A stretch of 63,438 nucleotides of DNA, the filler included, from Porpidia crustulata (taxonomy: Eukaryota): the NCBI GenBank assembly GCA_964255105.1. It is 8 parts of 8 records of this genome, joined end to end, with 100 filler letters (N's around TTAATTAATTAA, not from the genome) between each part and the next. Parts side by side here need not be neighbours in the genome. Positions count along the whole stretch, not along the records: positions 23,887 to 31,733 come from CAXUWE010001225.1; positions 31,834 to 39,676 come from CAXUWE010001226.1; 6 more parts are not named here. One strand, given 5' to 3'. The position numbers and the translations under genes are program-made. A model generated the notes under the pieces. The model made no database searches and was not told the DNA's origin. It saw only the letters and a program-made list of their open reading frames with translations. Numbering within the stretch: the first letter of the stretch is position 1; each line of letters begins with the position of its first letter. Shown piece after piece: positions 24,619 to 38,390 of this stretch.

Positions 24619-25373
24619 CTTGACGATATATGTATAAGAGGATCTTAGGTTGGTGTAGACGGAAGAAGGTAGAAGATGAAGTGGTGGGAAAGATGAAATA
24701 ATCAAATTATCTGGTGACGAGGGTGAAATAAGGAAGTCGTGGTAGTGACGAGGGTGAAGTAGTGATGGTGATGATAGGTAACATAAGCAGCAAGAGGAAG
24801 TCTGGAATGAATTGCCATGTTTTTTTTCCCTCCTAGCGATCTCGACAATACCTGTCTCATAGTGGGGTTCCGGTTGGCTGGTTGATTTAGTCGGTGGGGG
24901 GGATGAAACTACATTGTAGTACGTAGTGATTGATGGTGGGCTGTTGGCGAGAGAACATGAAACAACGGAGGAACGACTAGGGGAGGAATTAGGGAGGTTT
25001 TGGCGGGGAATTCAACCACATTCACTCATGCAGGGGATCCATGCTAGTGTCCCTTCACACACTCTTCCGCATTAGGGCACTTTAGGCTTACTGCGGCCCA
25101 TCGTTTCGGCCCAGATCGAATCATCTCATCGCCTGCTATCAAAAGCCTGTCCAGATCAGGTCATGTTATTCACGTGGACTCCTATGGATGGCAATCGTGG
25201 AGGGTTGTTGAGGTCTGGATCATCTGGCCAATGGAGTGGTGTAACCCCATCAATGCTTCTCGCATCTAGATCTACATCCTTTACTCCAAGTATACGCGCA
25301 CAGTCAGAACACCACCCAACGCTGCTGCAATGGTGATGACGGGTGAGGAGAGAAATGCCCCAAAAACACCCCG

Positions 25374-28300
25374 CTAAGCTTCAACGTTCCGACGACCTGC
25401 CTCGTGGATTTCCCGTACCGACTCGAACATCAGATTGACCATTTCTCTCTCCTCCTCCGGCTTCAGGATCGCCTGCTTGATGTCTCCGAGCAATTGCCTG
25501 AAGCTACCCAACAGTCCCCGAGCAGATGACCTGGGTACATCCGGCATCCGAGGATTGACCTCCTCCTGCACGACGACATCATGCACCGGTACAACATCCG
25601 TGGCGAGGCGTTTCCGATATTGCTCCCCCTCATCCAATGATTCTTCGACCCATCCCTCGTCTTGCTCGTGCTCAGCTTCCCATCCTTTGGACATTCTCCG
25701 TTTTTTGGACCTTCGATGAACAGGCTTGTTCTCCAAGGGCGGCGTCACTCTTGCCTCAGCCACGCCTCTGACAACCACACCCAAATCCCGAGAATCTAAA
25801 TTTCCTGGTCGAGAAGCCAGGACCTCTTCGCATGGACTGGCGTCATGCTCTTGATCAGTGCTCCTATCCTGTGACCCTAATTGACCCTCGTAGTGGCTCT
25901 CACTAAATCCGTGTTCTAAGGTAATTTCCTCCATTGGTATACCAGCATTTGAATCGTGTTCTGCTGATGATGATGTCCCTACCGAAGGGGTGATGGTAGA
26001 GGTTGGGGCGAGGCGTAATGATCGTCGCCTGTTCCCCGTTCGCGTCGCTGCGTTCTTGGTATCACCCTTAGTTTCTTTCTTGACTTTCGCCGCTGCAATT
26101 TGGTTTCTCTTTGAAAATGGTAAAGGCTTCTGGGAAGCAGTTACGGTAGCAGCCGAGCTTCTCGTGCGACGAATGGAATCTGTTGTGGGTTGATGTGCCT
26201 TCGCGACACCTTCAACATTGCTAGGTGGTGACGGAGATCGCTCCTGCTTGATCTCTTGTGGCAATGTTGAGAATAGGTTTACTGCTGGACGACTATCAAT
26301 TATTGCGTAATCGTTGATATCTCCGGGCTTCCTCGTTTCGACTACCACTTCAATGCTCTTTGAAAACGGCAAGCCTTTGGTCCTCTTAGACTTTCTCAGA
26401 CTCTCAGACACGTTCTTGCGCTTTTCACCCCCAGTCTTCGCTTCGCTTTTTGATTCGTATAAGTCGTTTTTTTGCGGGCTTACTTGCTGCGATGCTCGCT
26501 CCAAATCACTCACTAACTGCGCCGCAATTTGATCATCTTCGTTGGAGTAAAATGACGTTGACACGTCGCCAAAGGAATCCAGAATGCGGCTAACCTCATC
26601 TACTCCAGGAGCTGGATCATCATCCGGAGCTTGGATCGCATTGGGTGCAGGTGCTGGTGTATAAAGGGTTTCCACAGGTATGTCAGATGTTGGCGGGACT
26701 CTGACCTCCGAGGTTTCTTGTAAATTGGAGGGAAGGTCTGCCGCGCTCGTCGCATTATAATCAACATTATTCTCTGCACCTAAATATTCTGCAATAGATT
26801 CGGAAGGCATATCATCGACCGCAACACCAGGACTGGGTAGAGAGTATGAATCGGACTGGCAGTCTTTCTCCAGAGGACTTGCCTCCATTTCCAAACCTGT
26901 ATGATTGATTGTGTTTTCAGGCTGTTCACCTGAAGCGACATGTCCATCGTTTGTAATGGAAACGAGCTCTTCATGCGGCAGGGGCAATTCTTCCTCTATT
27001 GGTAGAAATTGATTTTGATCTTGCAGAATCTCGATTGACATGGGAACGTTATCAAAGTGCTGATCTACCGTTACGATTGACGGCGCTGCAGGTGGGGAAG
27101 ATGGCGGCTCGAAATCTGAGCCAAGGTCGAGGATCACTCTCCGACTGGATCTGGGTGTAGGAGACGAACCAAGAATGTCTTTCACAAGAGCATCGTTGGG
27201 GGGAAGCACCGGAGATATTTCATCGTCGGCATCGAGTTCTGCATGCGTGCTATAAATCCCACTAAGGACCAGTTTCAGTGGACTTCTTTTTTCTCCAGCC
27301 CGAGACTTTGATATGGGGCTTGACCTGATGCCAGGAAATATAGCAGCTGTATCGCGCTCCTGACGCTCCTTGACTTCTTTCTGTCGTTCAGTAAGAAGCT
27401 GCGAGTCAATGACATCAGGAGCGAGGGGCGACGAAGACTCAATCGCAGCAAAGTGGACTTGTGAATCGTTGTGACGCAAGCGTGCCGTGGGGGGTGTCCT
27501 CGATTTTGGCTTCTCGGCTGTATTCCGGGGAGAGGTTCTACCAGAAGATGCGGAGAAACGAGGTAGAGAATGTGCAAGTGGTTTTGGAGTGGTAATGCCC
27601 CGAGGTGCACCTGGTTTTCCAAAACCTCGGAGGGGGGTATCACGGACGTCGTCACCGTCATCTTGTGAATCAACAAACTCGATTGGCGACGACATAGCCT
27701 TGATCGTTCAGTCAGACCAATGATTGTAGAGCGAAGCAAAGAAGTACTGACCTCCACATCCTCCTCTGGGAAGTTTGGCAATTGCATTTCGGTCACAGAT
27801 TTCAATTTGGCCAAAGCTGCTCGCAGATCATCTTGGTACTCCAAAAACTCCGCATTCCCGAAAGTGCTATTCCACGACCTGATGGACTGATTTAGGATGG
27901 ACTGATGGCGACTTCTCAAGCCACATGTGACGAGGACTTGGATATTCGTCAACACTGTGTTCTTAGCTTCAGGTAATTGCTCAATAGCCCTAGTGACTGC
28001 AGCCCAGAGCTTCTTCGTCTATTTCCAAACGTCAGCGGGCTCATATGTATATCGATACCAATCACTTACTTCAGTACGAATTTCATTTACTATCCCGGAC
28101 CTCACTGGAGATATCAGAATCTTTGCATCCTCAATCCAGTGACTCAGTCCATTTTGGATTCGCTTCAATAACGTAACCTTACATAGAAGCGGACACACAT
28201 TGACCAATGCTGTAACTCGCGCCAGGAACAGGACCATAGTAGCTGAGGGTCCAGACTCGAGCTGTCGATACATGGCGCTGAGCAGTGTATCTACCACAGT

Positions 28301-31090
28301 ACATACATTATTTAATGGATCTAGAGGTTGAGGTTTGAGCGATGCCGAGCTAGTGCCCCAAAGGGCTTTGTGTGCTCGCTCCATGACGTGATGAGATTGT
28401 GGCCAGGAAGTTGATTTCAGTAATATTTCAGTGTAAGTCAGGAGAAGGTCGTCACTCGTAGAGAGATTTTGTCGAAGTAAAGCGTTGGCAAGAGGCTCCA
28501 CAAATGCTAGGACAACGCCTCCATCGCCAACCTCTCTATGGACAACACCAACAAGAGTATCGCTTAAATGTAACCAATGATTAAGATTGTCCTGGGACTG
28601 TTGTTGCATTCCTGCTTCAAGAATCTTAACAGCATCACGGTAGTCATGGCCCGCGTATTGTGAGCCATCATTGTGACTATCAATCACGACAGCTGCTATA
28701 ATGGCAGACCTGGCAGACTCGGCTATCTGTTGCCACAAAAATACCATCACATGCGATTGGGGTCCATCTTCGGAAGGTAAAAGACGAGTCACTTCTCGCA
28801 GGATAATAAGCTTGGAGCGTCTCGACGTTGCCGGCTGTATTGCAATTTGCAGTAGGTTTCTTATCGTGTTTCGGTGGGCCGAGCTTATAGGGCTATCTCC
28901 CAGGCTGGAGATGATCATATATAGTAGATGCAAGACTGGGGTATTTAGATGCCCTTGTTGCCGGATGGACCGGCTGGATGGCGTTTCAGCTGCTTCAAAG
29001 GAGTCTTGAGAATTTTGAATCAGCCGTTTCTCAGTGAACGGCATTATCCCTATCATCGCCACTGCTTCCCCGATGAGAATATCAAATTTCCGAAGGTCAT
29101 TCGAAAGGTCACCACCTCCAGCCGTTTTTGGGTGTTTCAAGGTTCGCTCCCAGAAACGCTTGGTTGTTGTCAGGATATGCGCCACAGCAGTCATTGAATC
29201 CATCGAAACTTTGACCTCCTTGTTACCGGCCTCACCGACAGCAGCGACAAAAGCCCGCCAAGCTAAAACGATAGATGCTTCTTGCGCCGTATCAAGTTGC
29301 CAATCCGCGTGGTCAAGCAACTTCTCGAGAGTTGTCAATATTGTCGACGCTCGCCGGCGAATCCATCTAGGATCAAGAAAGGGGAGATCCTCCGGCTTAG
29401 TAGGACCACCCGCATTTGCTCTATTCTCGTTCCAAACCTTGGGTGCCCTACTCCCGAACAGTGCAGCCAGTATCTCACAAGCATAATTCGTGTCGGATGT
29501 GCTTGTCGAGAAGCTACCAGCGATGATTTGAGCCACACTTTGCTCCCAATATATATCAAGCTGCTCAAACGTAGGTACAGGACGAAAGACATAATACAGG
29601 AGATTACAGTAGGCGGAACGAGCTATCTGCTTCGCATGCTTCGATTGTTTGTCGCTTATTTTCCGATCAAGCTGAGCGATAATCGGCTGGCGCAGAGTCT
29701 TCATTAAGGACGGCGCAGTCGTACTGTCGGGGCTGACGGCGTAGATGAGCCTGTTCCAGGCAATGTTCGCTTGAAACTTGATCTGGGCATCGCTCGAGTT
29801 GAAGCATTGCTGCATGATGACCAACCATGATTTCAGGTGCTCCCACCGCTCGATTTGACGCCGTCTACTGCGAAGGAACAAAATCGCTATGCTCCAAATT
29901 TGTGGCACGTGAATGCCATCGTCTTTAACCTTTACCATCTCCCTGAGTCGCATGGCGAGGAAATCTACTACCTTCACACCTTCTGGAGATTCTCTGTTGA
30001 AAATATTGATGCAGGCTTGCGAGACGGTGGACGTCGTTCCCAAACCAAGACCAGCTTCCAGACCGAATGCGATGGCGCGAGACCTCGTATCTTTCAGTGT
30101 AGCTAGCATACCCATGATGAGGTGCTCCATCCAGTCTGCAGCTCGCAACTTCATGAGCGCTTTCGATTGTGTCAGCAGTCGTTGGTATATCATTAATCTG
30201 TGACCAATAACGCTGCTACCGTTGACGCGTGTTTCGACTTTGCTCAAAGCCGAGAGTAGTCGACCGACTCGGTCATTGCTCATCACCTGGGCTGGAAAGT
30301 CCTGCTTCACGAGCAGCTGCATGTAATGGCTGACAAGGATTTTGGGGGTTTCCGGGTCTTCAATGGCAGCTATCGATCGATCGATGATATGTGACGAGAA
30401 CTCTTCAGGTATTGAATTCTTGAGAGTGCCGGTATGCAGCACTGTTATCAACAGCTTCAGTGCCTGGGTCGCGAGCTGGGTGTCTGCTGCTCCTGTGGCC
30501 TTCATCCTCGCAGACACATCCCGCCGAATATATTCCGTCAGTTCAATCAGCCTCTCCGTCAAGGCTTGCGCATCCGGGACATCACTATAGGCACTTAGGC
30601 ACCCCAATATCGTCATGTAGGCATCTAAGCGAGAGCTCCGTAGAGGACTTGCTAAATGTTGTGCTGCAGATCGAAGCATGGTGGGTATATCACCGTGACC
30701 GAACGCCAGAGGCTCTTCGTTGTCTGGGGTTATTGTAGGCTCGATGTAGGGTTTCAGTATGGACTTGGATGATTGGCAGTATCGTGAAGGCGGAAGAGAC
30801 CGAATATTGCCGTCGGACGCAGTATTTTTGCTATTCAGACTGAGTGGTTTGTGGTACTTGGTCCATGGCGAGAAGACCACTCGTTTAGACCCTCTGTCTG
30901 AGGAAGCACCGAAGTAGTCCCCCGAAGAAGATGGCGAGTCGTTTGGAGAGTCGAGGACAGCCTGCTGTACTAAATCATTGAAATAAGCATTGTTATCTTT
31001 GGTAAGCTTTGTAATGGTATCATTGCGTTCTCTAGGAGGAGTGGGAGGGCGTGCTGCAAATGGAGGCAGTCCGCGAACGACGTCCACCAT
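25374..31090 (-). CDS. RIF1: Rif1 telomere-length / replication-timing regulator
   Basis: N-terminal PP1-docking motifs KRVVF (RVxF) and KSILK, followed by a long HEAT-like Rif1_N region (SRLDAY, CFNSSD..AWNRL) and a disordered C-terminus. Two introns near 28070-28018 and 27751-27699. Confidence 0.87.
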
Positions 31091-31302
31091 GGTTGTGAAT
31101 GATGAGCTTGGATTGAAGGGATGTCCATAGAGCCACGGTCAAATTGCAGCAATCGGAAGCATTGATGCAGGAGAACGAGACACGCTAAATTGCCCAGGTT
31201 CTGGATGTGACTACCCATTATATTATTATTATTAGGCAGGTAGATGGATACCGGCTATCACATTATTTTTATTTCCCTTCAGGGCGTTCAGGTACTTGCA
31301 GA

Positions 31303-31355
31303 CACGAAAAAACGCGTGCAGGGATGAGCTTGACAGCCAAGCGCCTTTCCCGCGT
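31303..31355. promoter_or_regulatory. Putative G1/S cell-cycle boxes upstream of RIF1
   Basis: CACGAAA (SCB-like) 31303-31309, ACGCGT (MCB) 31312-31317 and CGCGT 31351-31355, clustered about 210-265 bp upstream of the ATG. Confidence 0.5.
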
Positions 31356-31733
31356 AAAGTGCTTGAGTGGGGAGAGATATCAGACCAATGAGAGGGGCCG
31401 GAAGCTGTCCGGTAGCTGTCCGGAAGTTGTCCCTAGCGGCCGCTCCGCCTCTCCACCGATTCACTTGCAGATTTGTGAATAATATGACTGCTCACTTCGA
31501 TCCGAGAGTCCAATACCACAACGCCACTGCAGCAGATTGACTTTCAAACTTTTGACACCCCCCGTTATACTTCGTCAAGTCTTACATTCGGGTTTGTGTG
31601 ATATCGATTTCTGGAGTTCCTGATAAGAGCTCCTGCAAAGCTAGCAAGCTTCCCAGCTATTCAATTTGTGGGGGTCGCTACTTACCCAAAGAACTGAAGT
31701 ACCTACGCTATAATAATAACAGTAGTGCATCCT

Positions 31734-31833
31734 NNNNNNNNNNNNNNNNNNNNNNNNNNNNNNNNNNNNNNNNNNNNTTAATTAATTAANNNNNNNNNNN
31801 NNNNNNNNNNNNNNNNNNNNNNNNNNNNNNNNN
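31734..31833. other. Artificial contig spacer
   Basis: Same 100-bp linker. Confidence 0.99.
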
Positions 31834-32840
31834 GTCTGGGGGGGTACTGGTAGTATTGGTGTTGGGGTTGTTGGAAACTGGACCGTTGGCTTTGATGAGT
31901 TTCTTGGTGTGGATGGCGGGGCGGAGGGACGAGTATTGGAAGGTGTGGGTGTTGAAGGCGATGTTGGCAGAGACGGTGGCATCGTTGAGGAGACCTGGAG
32001 TGTGTTGGGAGGTAAATAGGCTTTGGTTGGGGGTGGAGTGGATAACCTCGTTAATTCTTTTCATGTCAGCGTTTGTGATCACTTGAAAGCGGACTTGGTT
32101 CTTTGCAGTTTTCCGCTCGGCCTTTCGCAGCTTTTTCGAGCTAAGGTTCTCTTTCTGGTTGACTGCGTCGGTACCGCCGAGTTCAGAATCGTCATCGTTC
32201 ATAGTGCTGCTGTCGGCCCAGGAGGACTCCGTTTCCTGGTCCTCGTCGTGGTCTTCAGGGGTCAGGAATAAATTGAGCGCGTCGCTCTTCCTCGTTTTCC
32301 TTTTCTTAGAAGACAGCGGACTTGATAAACCGGCGGCTTCATCGTATTCTAAGATCCTTTGCATCATCTCTGCGATTTCGCGGTGTCTTTTGTCGTGGAG
32401 TTCAGTGCTTTTCCGACAGCTACGAGAGAGTATTGTGTCAGTGAGGATGAATTCAATAAGCCGAAGCCATGCAGAACGTACGCATCACATTTATGAGAGT
32501 TCCCTGTAGACTAGGTCAGTAGCGACGTTCGTAAAATCCAATTTCAATGACGCGTCAGGATAATCACTTACCCACGTAAAATAAAGTCTTGTGGTATTTG
32601 GTGCATACTTCCTCGTGTATCCCAAAGCACGTCTTTTTCGCTCGTGGACTTGATAGAACAGTCTTGCATGTCCCACACTTGTGCTCTGTATCTCTGTTAC
32701 CGTCTGAACATACCGCGATCAACACTGTCTTCATGGTACCTAAGCCGTGGTTGTTCTCCTGAAAGCACAGCCACGTTAGGCCCATTCACCATCTGATTCG
32801 GACTGTTGCGATCCTGACATACCTCCCATTTATAGAGCAT
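31834..32840 (-). CDS. Hypothetical protein with N-terminal Cys/His-rich motif, truncated by contig edge
   Basis: Canonical short introns join KCGTCK..CFGIHEEVCTKYH..YVG, NSHKCDA and CRKSTELHDKRHREIAEMMQR into the long 3' ORF. Start position uncertain. Confidence 0.55.
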
Positions 32841-33994
32841 CTGATTGCCCGTGATGCCGATTGACTAGACAAGTCCGTAAGATGAGACTTCTTCGAAATC
32901 TTTGAAGAGATTTAAGTACTGGTGTAATATACAAAGCCAAAGGTTGGACAGAATTGCAGACGGGAGCTGTGTAGCCAGGTAAATACTGGAGTTGTTCAAG
33001 TTCGAAAGAAAGCAAAACATTGTTATTGTACTTCTTTCGCGCAGGTGAATGCTTCGGAGGCTGTGTTGCAAGAGAGAAATTGGTTGAACACGGGGTAAAC
33101 ACAATTGTCTGCATCGTAACATGTCGAATCCTGTGAAGAATAGATTCTTCATCAATCAGTGCACTCGAATAGAAATAGTGCCAAAGCATAACCGACTAAC
33201 GTTCTTCTGCTCGACGTTACAGACGAGCTTAAGCAATGTTACGGCTTTATTCCGATCGATGTATGACCCGGAAAAAAAGCTATCGCTTTGCGGCTGTGTA
33301 ATATGAAAGATGCAAATTGTGATTTAAGTCCTGAGTGGCATGGGCTCAGCCTGAAGATGTTAAGAATGTTCCCCTGATAAAAGGAGCGTACACAAATACC
33401 ATGAAAGCTCGCGCTTTTAAGATTCAAACAAAAAGGAACAATTTCAGGTTAATAAAACGCAAAATGAATTATGGGCTCTCCACACCGAGGCACCAGTGTT
33501 GATCGCGAATAAATTCCACGTATCTTGATCTCTTGATATATCTTTCATCCTAAAGTCTCACCAATCGTGATTTTTCAGGAACGGATGTTCAGGTATGAAG
33601 TCTTCCGGGTTGTGTAAAGAGTCAAGCGAAGAAGAAATGAGGTACAGAGAAGAAGTAGATTATCTATAATCTACAAATGAGAATCGGAATCGGAATATCA
33701 CCAGATTTACCTTATGACTCCTAGGGTGAAAATGGGTTATTCTCAGCGTCTGCTACCTTGAACTTCTGAGGCTTCTCTTCAGGAACGTTGAGGAGCCTTT
33801 ACTCTTTCGTTGGAGCTTAGGGCTAATGGCCGAGATAACGATGTCGACTGGCGAAAGCTCGACAGAATACATTAGATGCCAGGAGAACACATGTCTGTTC
33901 TGCAACGAGTTGTATCATAAGAGTCTCTTCTTCGATTCACTATTATTTGGAGAAGCTTGTTGAAAGCTCTCGGCACGTGTTACCTGATAAAGTC

Positions 33995-36900
33995 TTAAAT
34001 GTCACGTACGAGCCTTGCGCCTGCCCATGCAAACGGGTAGTTGCGCTGGTACCAGTTGACGCTTGGAATTATTAGCTAGAGTGTTGCAGTGAAATGGCCG
34101 GTCTTACAAAGTCTTCCGACCAGCAATTCTCGGGTGCGTCGCCCAAGATCCGCCAAGCACAATATTGTGCTTTCCATCGAAGAAATCAGCTTCACCCAAC
34201 GATTAGTCTCGTTCAATCTCTTGCATACCCACAGCAGTCATGCATTCACCAGTATAAGCAGGATACAACTTCATAGCTTCGAACCCATCGTGCTTCTCCA
34301 GTACCGAGCTGGTCCATTCCCATACTCCACCCATTTCCCCTTGCCCAGATAGCTTACCGCCATTCTGGGATACGGGGATAGGGTGGAAACAATGGAAACC
34401 CACGTTGCTGCCTTCAAGATTGGCGAAAAGGCTGTGGGGATTTGGACTTTTACCGGTATTGGAGGCACCGTTTTGAGATTGGTGGGATGGGGGCGACTCT
34501 TCCACACCTTCATTTGACATTTGCCTACGCATCATCAGATTAAGGTACCTGAACGCGAAGAAGAGATGCTACCCGTTGACTGCAGAGATCTTCCTAGAAA
34601 GTACACTTTGGCCTTCCTTGGCCTTGATCACATCTGCGTGGTTGTAGATGTTCCGAGCTTCTTCTACAGTAGGGATACGTCCGTTCATCCACTTGGCACA
34701 CCCAGAAAGCTCGTCATAAGATGCCATAACAGGCCACTGTAGAGCATACTCTAGTGGGACTGGCCCGTAGACAGTTTTGACGGATTTCCCATTCAGATAC
34801 GCCTTGGTCAGACGCTCGCTATGCCCGTTCAAGTAAACCCCATAACCGTTGATATTTGCACTGGTACTGCCGTTCGTAAATGTAGACCCAGTCCTCTCCG
34901 ATGAGGACGTCCAAGACGCTGGAATTTTCTCTCGGTAAGTTTGCTCCAGATACCGAGCATAGTCCTCATTCGTAATCGGTCTTGCCTTGGCTTCAATAGC
35001 CTGTACCTCAACTTCACGCCTGGGTTTTTCATTATCCCATCCGTAAAAACGGTTAGGGCCAAGATCATTCTCTATGTCGTCGAGGCCAACGAAAAATCTA
35101 CTCGCTGGTACCCTGATCCACTCATTCGGTGCAGCATTTTCATCCGCATGCTTCGCTAGTGCTTCAAAATCTGGGTTGACACCTGGAGGTGGGATTGTCT
35201 TATCGCTCTGCAAGAGCATGTACAGAAGGGTCTCCAGATGCATGGCTAATGTCTATAAGTCATAGCGTATCTCGCAAAATGCAGCAGAGACATTCACCTT
35301 CATGCTCAAAAGCTAGCCACGTCGCTCGGCCGACCTTTCGGTCTTCCTCAACGACCTTTTCTTGATACAGCAACCTCATTCGACTTCGAACTTTGACTTG
35401 GTAATCTAAGATTTCCTCAATCCGAGGCCAGATTTCCGGAATCTCACTATGTGCATGACATTTCTCGGGATCATCGACATCTGGATCGATGCCTCGCTCA
35501 AACATTCGATGATAAATACTTGGGTCTGTAGGTACGCCATTAGTTGCCTTGGTGAGATGTATATCCAAGAATGCAGGAATGTGTCCAAGGTAAAATAAGC
35601 AACAATTCCTTAGCTCAATTGGTTTGGACAGTAATTCCTCGTTCGGAATCATATGTCGGGTGACAGTATCCCATACCGCCCATAGCTGCTCGAACTCATA
35701 CAAGGTTGGAACCGCCGTGGCTGCGTAGGTTTCCGCCCGTAACGGGAAAGAGAATGTGGATTTAGTGAGTACATGCAAATCTGAAGACATGTCAACCTAT
35801 GGGATACTCAGATAATACTCAGACACAAAATTCCGTACATGGTCGTTCTTGTGTGAGAATAGAAGTAATTGGAGAGACCGAAAACCGCACGTGAGAGACA
35901 TTTGTGGGGCAAGGCACTAAAATACCAAATTGACGTCAAATTATCTTGCATGTACAAGTACTAGCAACAACCATATCTAAAGGACAAAACCTGGGAGAGG
36001 AAAGCAAAATATAGGCATATCAACTGAGAAGGTACTTACGATAATTATTGAGCTTATTCCCAAAGATCTCTCGTGGCACTAGGCCTGCAGCTTGCCAAAG
36101 CTGATTACTTTGATGCAACGAGTACTTGTAACTTTCTTCAACTCGGATCTGTTCTCCAGCGACGACGCGAATGCCTTCAATTTCGAGATTTTTCAAAGCA
36201 CAATAGAAAGCTTGGTGTCGACCGGCTGCTTCATTATATTCGCCAATAACCTCCCAATCATCCTGTACAAAGACTTCCTTTCCAAGTAATTTATTAGCAT
36301 GATCTAGTCCATTGCGAATAAACTCATGCGTGATTCCTTCTCGGTCGTTGTAGGCATGGTAGACCTTGTCCCTTTCCTGACAAGCGTCTACGCCGATGAG
36401 CATGGCGTCCTTTTCTCCCAGAATGGTCGAAAATCCTTTGAGAAATTCAGCTGCTTCTGGACGGGAAAGATTCCCAATTGATGATCCTAACCACATGATG
36501 CATTTCTGCCTCTGTTGGTTCTCTGGACTTTGTAGCCAAACCAAGCCATCGTCGTATGTTCCAAGAAGGCCGTGGCATTGTACATGCTTGAACGTGCCCT
36601 TTGGGATTGCAGAGAGAGTTCGCTGTAGCTCCGAGAGCGAGAGGTCCAGTGCGTAATAGTCAACGTTCTTCCCAGTCTCCTCGATCGCTTGTAATAGAAT
36701 GTTGACTTTTCGAAGGTTGCTGGCAGATCATTAGTCACGCATCATCCTGAATTGCGAGGTCCTGCCGGTCCATCAAGGCTCTCAAATTTGAGATCTTTTG
36801 ATCAGGAAGGCGAGGTCATACCCGCTTCCTAGCTCGACTATCATGGAACCATCGTCGATGGACTTGGCAATTTGAGTGGCGTGGATGGTTAGGACTTCAA

Positions 36901-37150
36901 TCTCGGCATTCGTCAAGTAATACTCTTCAAGGTACGTAATGTCCTCGAATATCTTCAGTCCCCGTTCATCGTAGAGCAGGAGGGTTGGTAATCTCTTCTC
37001 TGCCCCCTTCCCTGGTTGAAGTTGCTCGCGAATATGATCGACAATGGAAGCGCTAAATCCTTTTTGATGGATGTCGATTATGGACGCTCCATCGGGGCCG
37101 CTTCTAAGCGCCATCTCTATTTGAGCTGTAGGATTTGAAACAACTGTCAT
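33995..37150 (-). CDS. EGT1: Ergothioneine biosynthesis protein 1 (histidine N-methyltransferase + hercynylcysteine sulfoxide synthase)
   Basis: LPTLLLYDERGL..FEDITYLEEYYLT, VELGSG/NLRKV, WLGSSIGN; iron ligands FYLGHIP and FEHEAMHLETLLYML; FGE-like GGVWEWTSS, YPAYT, VNWYQRNYPFAWAGARLVRDI*. Confidence 0.95.
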
Positions 37151-38390
37151 TGGTAGCGAATTGCGTACACATCGTTGCCGACCTGTTGGTATATTATATA
37201 TAGTGACGCAGATCCATACATTGAACGGTCGGCAACTTGCAGGAACAGAACCATGTCATCGACCAGGATCGATGTGATTTCTCAGCGAGTGAAGTCCATG
37301 TCTCCGGGGGAGCCGCGGTGGATCATCCGTAGACCATCGCTCGACCTTCTTCTCCACAAAGAAGCTTCTTTAGTGCCTGTCGATTACGTTACTCCGCAAA
37401 AAGTTGCACATTAAAAGAATAATTTGATAGACAATTGGGGCCACTAGAATAAACCATCGGTATGAAAAGGCGCGAATGACGCCATATGAAATTAGTGTGC
37501 TGCAGTGAGCATGTAATCAACGACAAAGCAAAGGAATCGCTGGTTGTGACCGTTGCACAGATCTGGCTGAGCTCTCACGCTCGTTCGTCGAGAGTCGGTT
37601 GATTCCTAATCGTCGCGAACTGTCGTCACAAGAACGCCATAACCACAAACCAAGCCTGCCAAGTTAAAAATGCTGCGGTTCAATTATCAGTAGAATAGTG
37701 TGGAATCATGAATACAATCAATCATAATATTGCATGAACATGACCGTAGTCATGGGAGAAAAGAAGACGTCGGGAAACTCAAAGAGTCGCAGATACTTCG
37801 TGTCGGTTGCTTTCGCTCGTAAACGCCAACGCATGCGGATACGTTTCAGGTGTGCTTCGCTGCGTGGGACCTGCACATCTGCATAAGTAGATTTGGCATG
37901 AATGTTCACAACAGACTGAAACGAGTCGGACGTGAGCATCCAATTTATCGCACATAAGATCGAAGGATTAGCGGCGAGACTCTGCTTCGTTAGGTAGAGT
38001 ACTAGCGACGGAAGCGCTGTCGAGAAACCAATCGATTTTTGATTGTAATTGCTATCTAGTTACAAGGCACATCCAATATCATTCCTGTTCCATACAGTTT
38101 TCCAACGCTCTCTGAACCTAAACCTAGCCAATCGTCGAGTTGAAGAAAGATAGGTGTTCATCATGCAACGCCTGCTGGGCAATTGTCATGATCGTTAGAA
38201 TATCGTGCTCTAAGAATGCCAAAATCCCCGGTTCATGACCTATATTATTATGTGCAGGAAAATCTCCAAGCCTTTTGCCGTGGACGAGATTCGAGGAGCA
38301 TTTTCTTCGTCCGAGACCACCCATTACCCCATTCCCTGAAATCATATGCAAACCATGCCGTTTTCAGAAGTCCAAATGCAATGACGAAAT

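Noticed and set aside
24714..24759. 14-bp direct repeat GTGACGAGGGTGAA upstream of the mutarotase gene
   Set aside because: Only two copies in purine-rich low-complexity UTR sequence; not CRISPR-like and no evident function.
1303..37150. Apparent cofactor/antioxidant cluster (CAB2, PDX1, EGT1; PLP is used in the EGT2 step)
   Set aside because: The genes lie on three different unlinked contigs.
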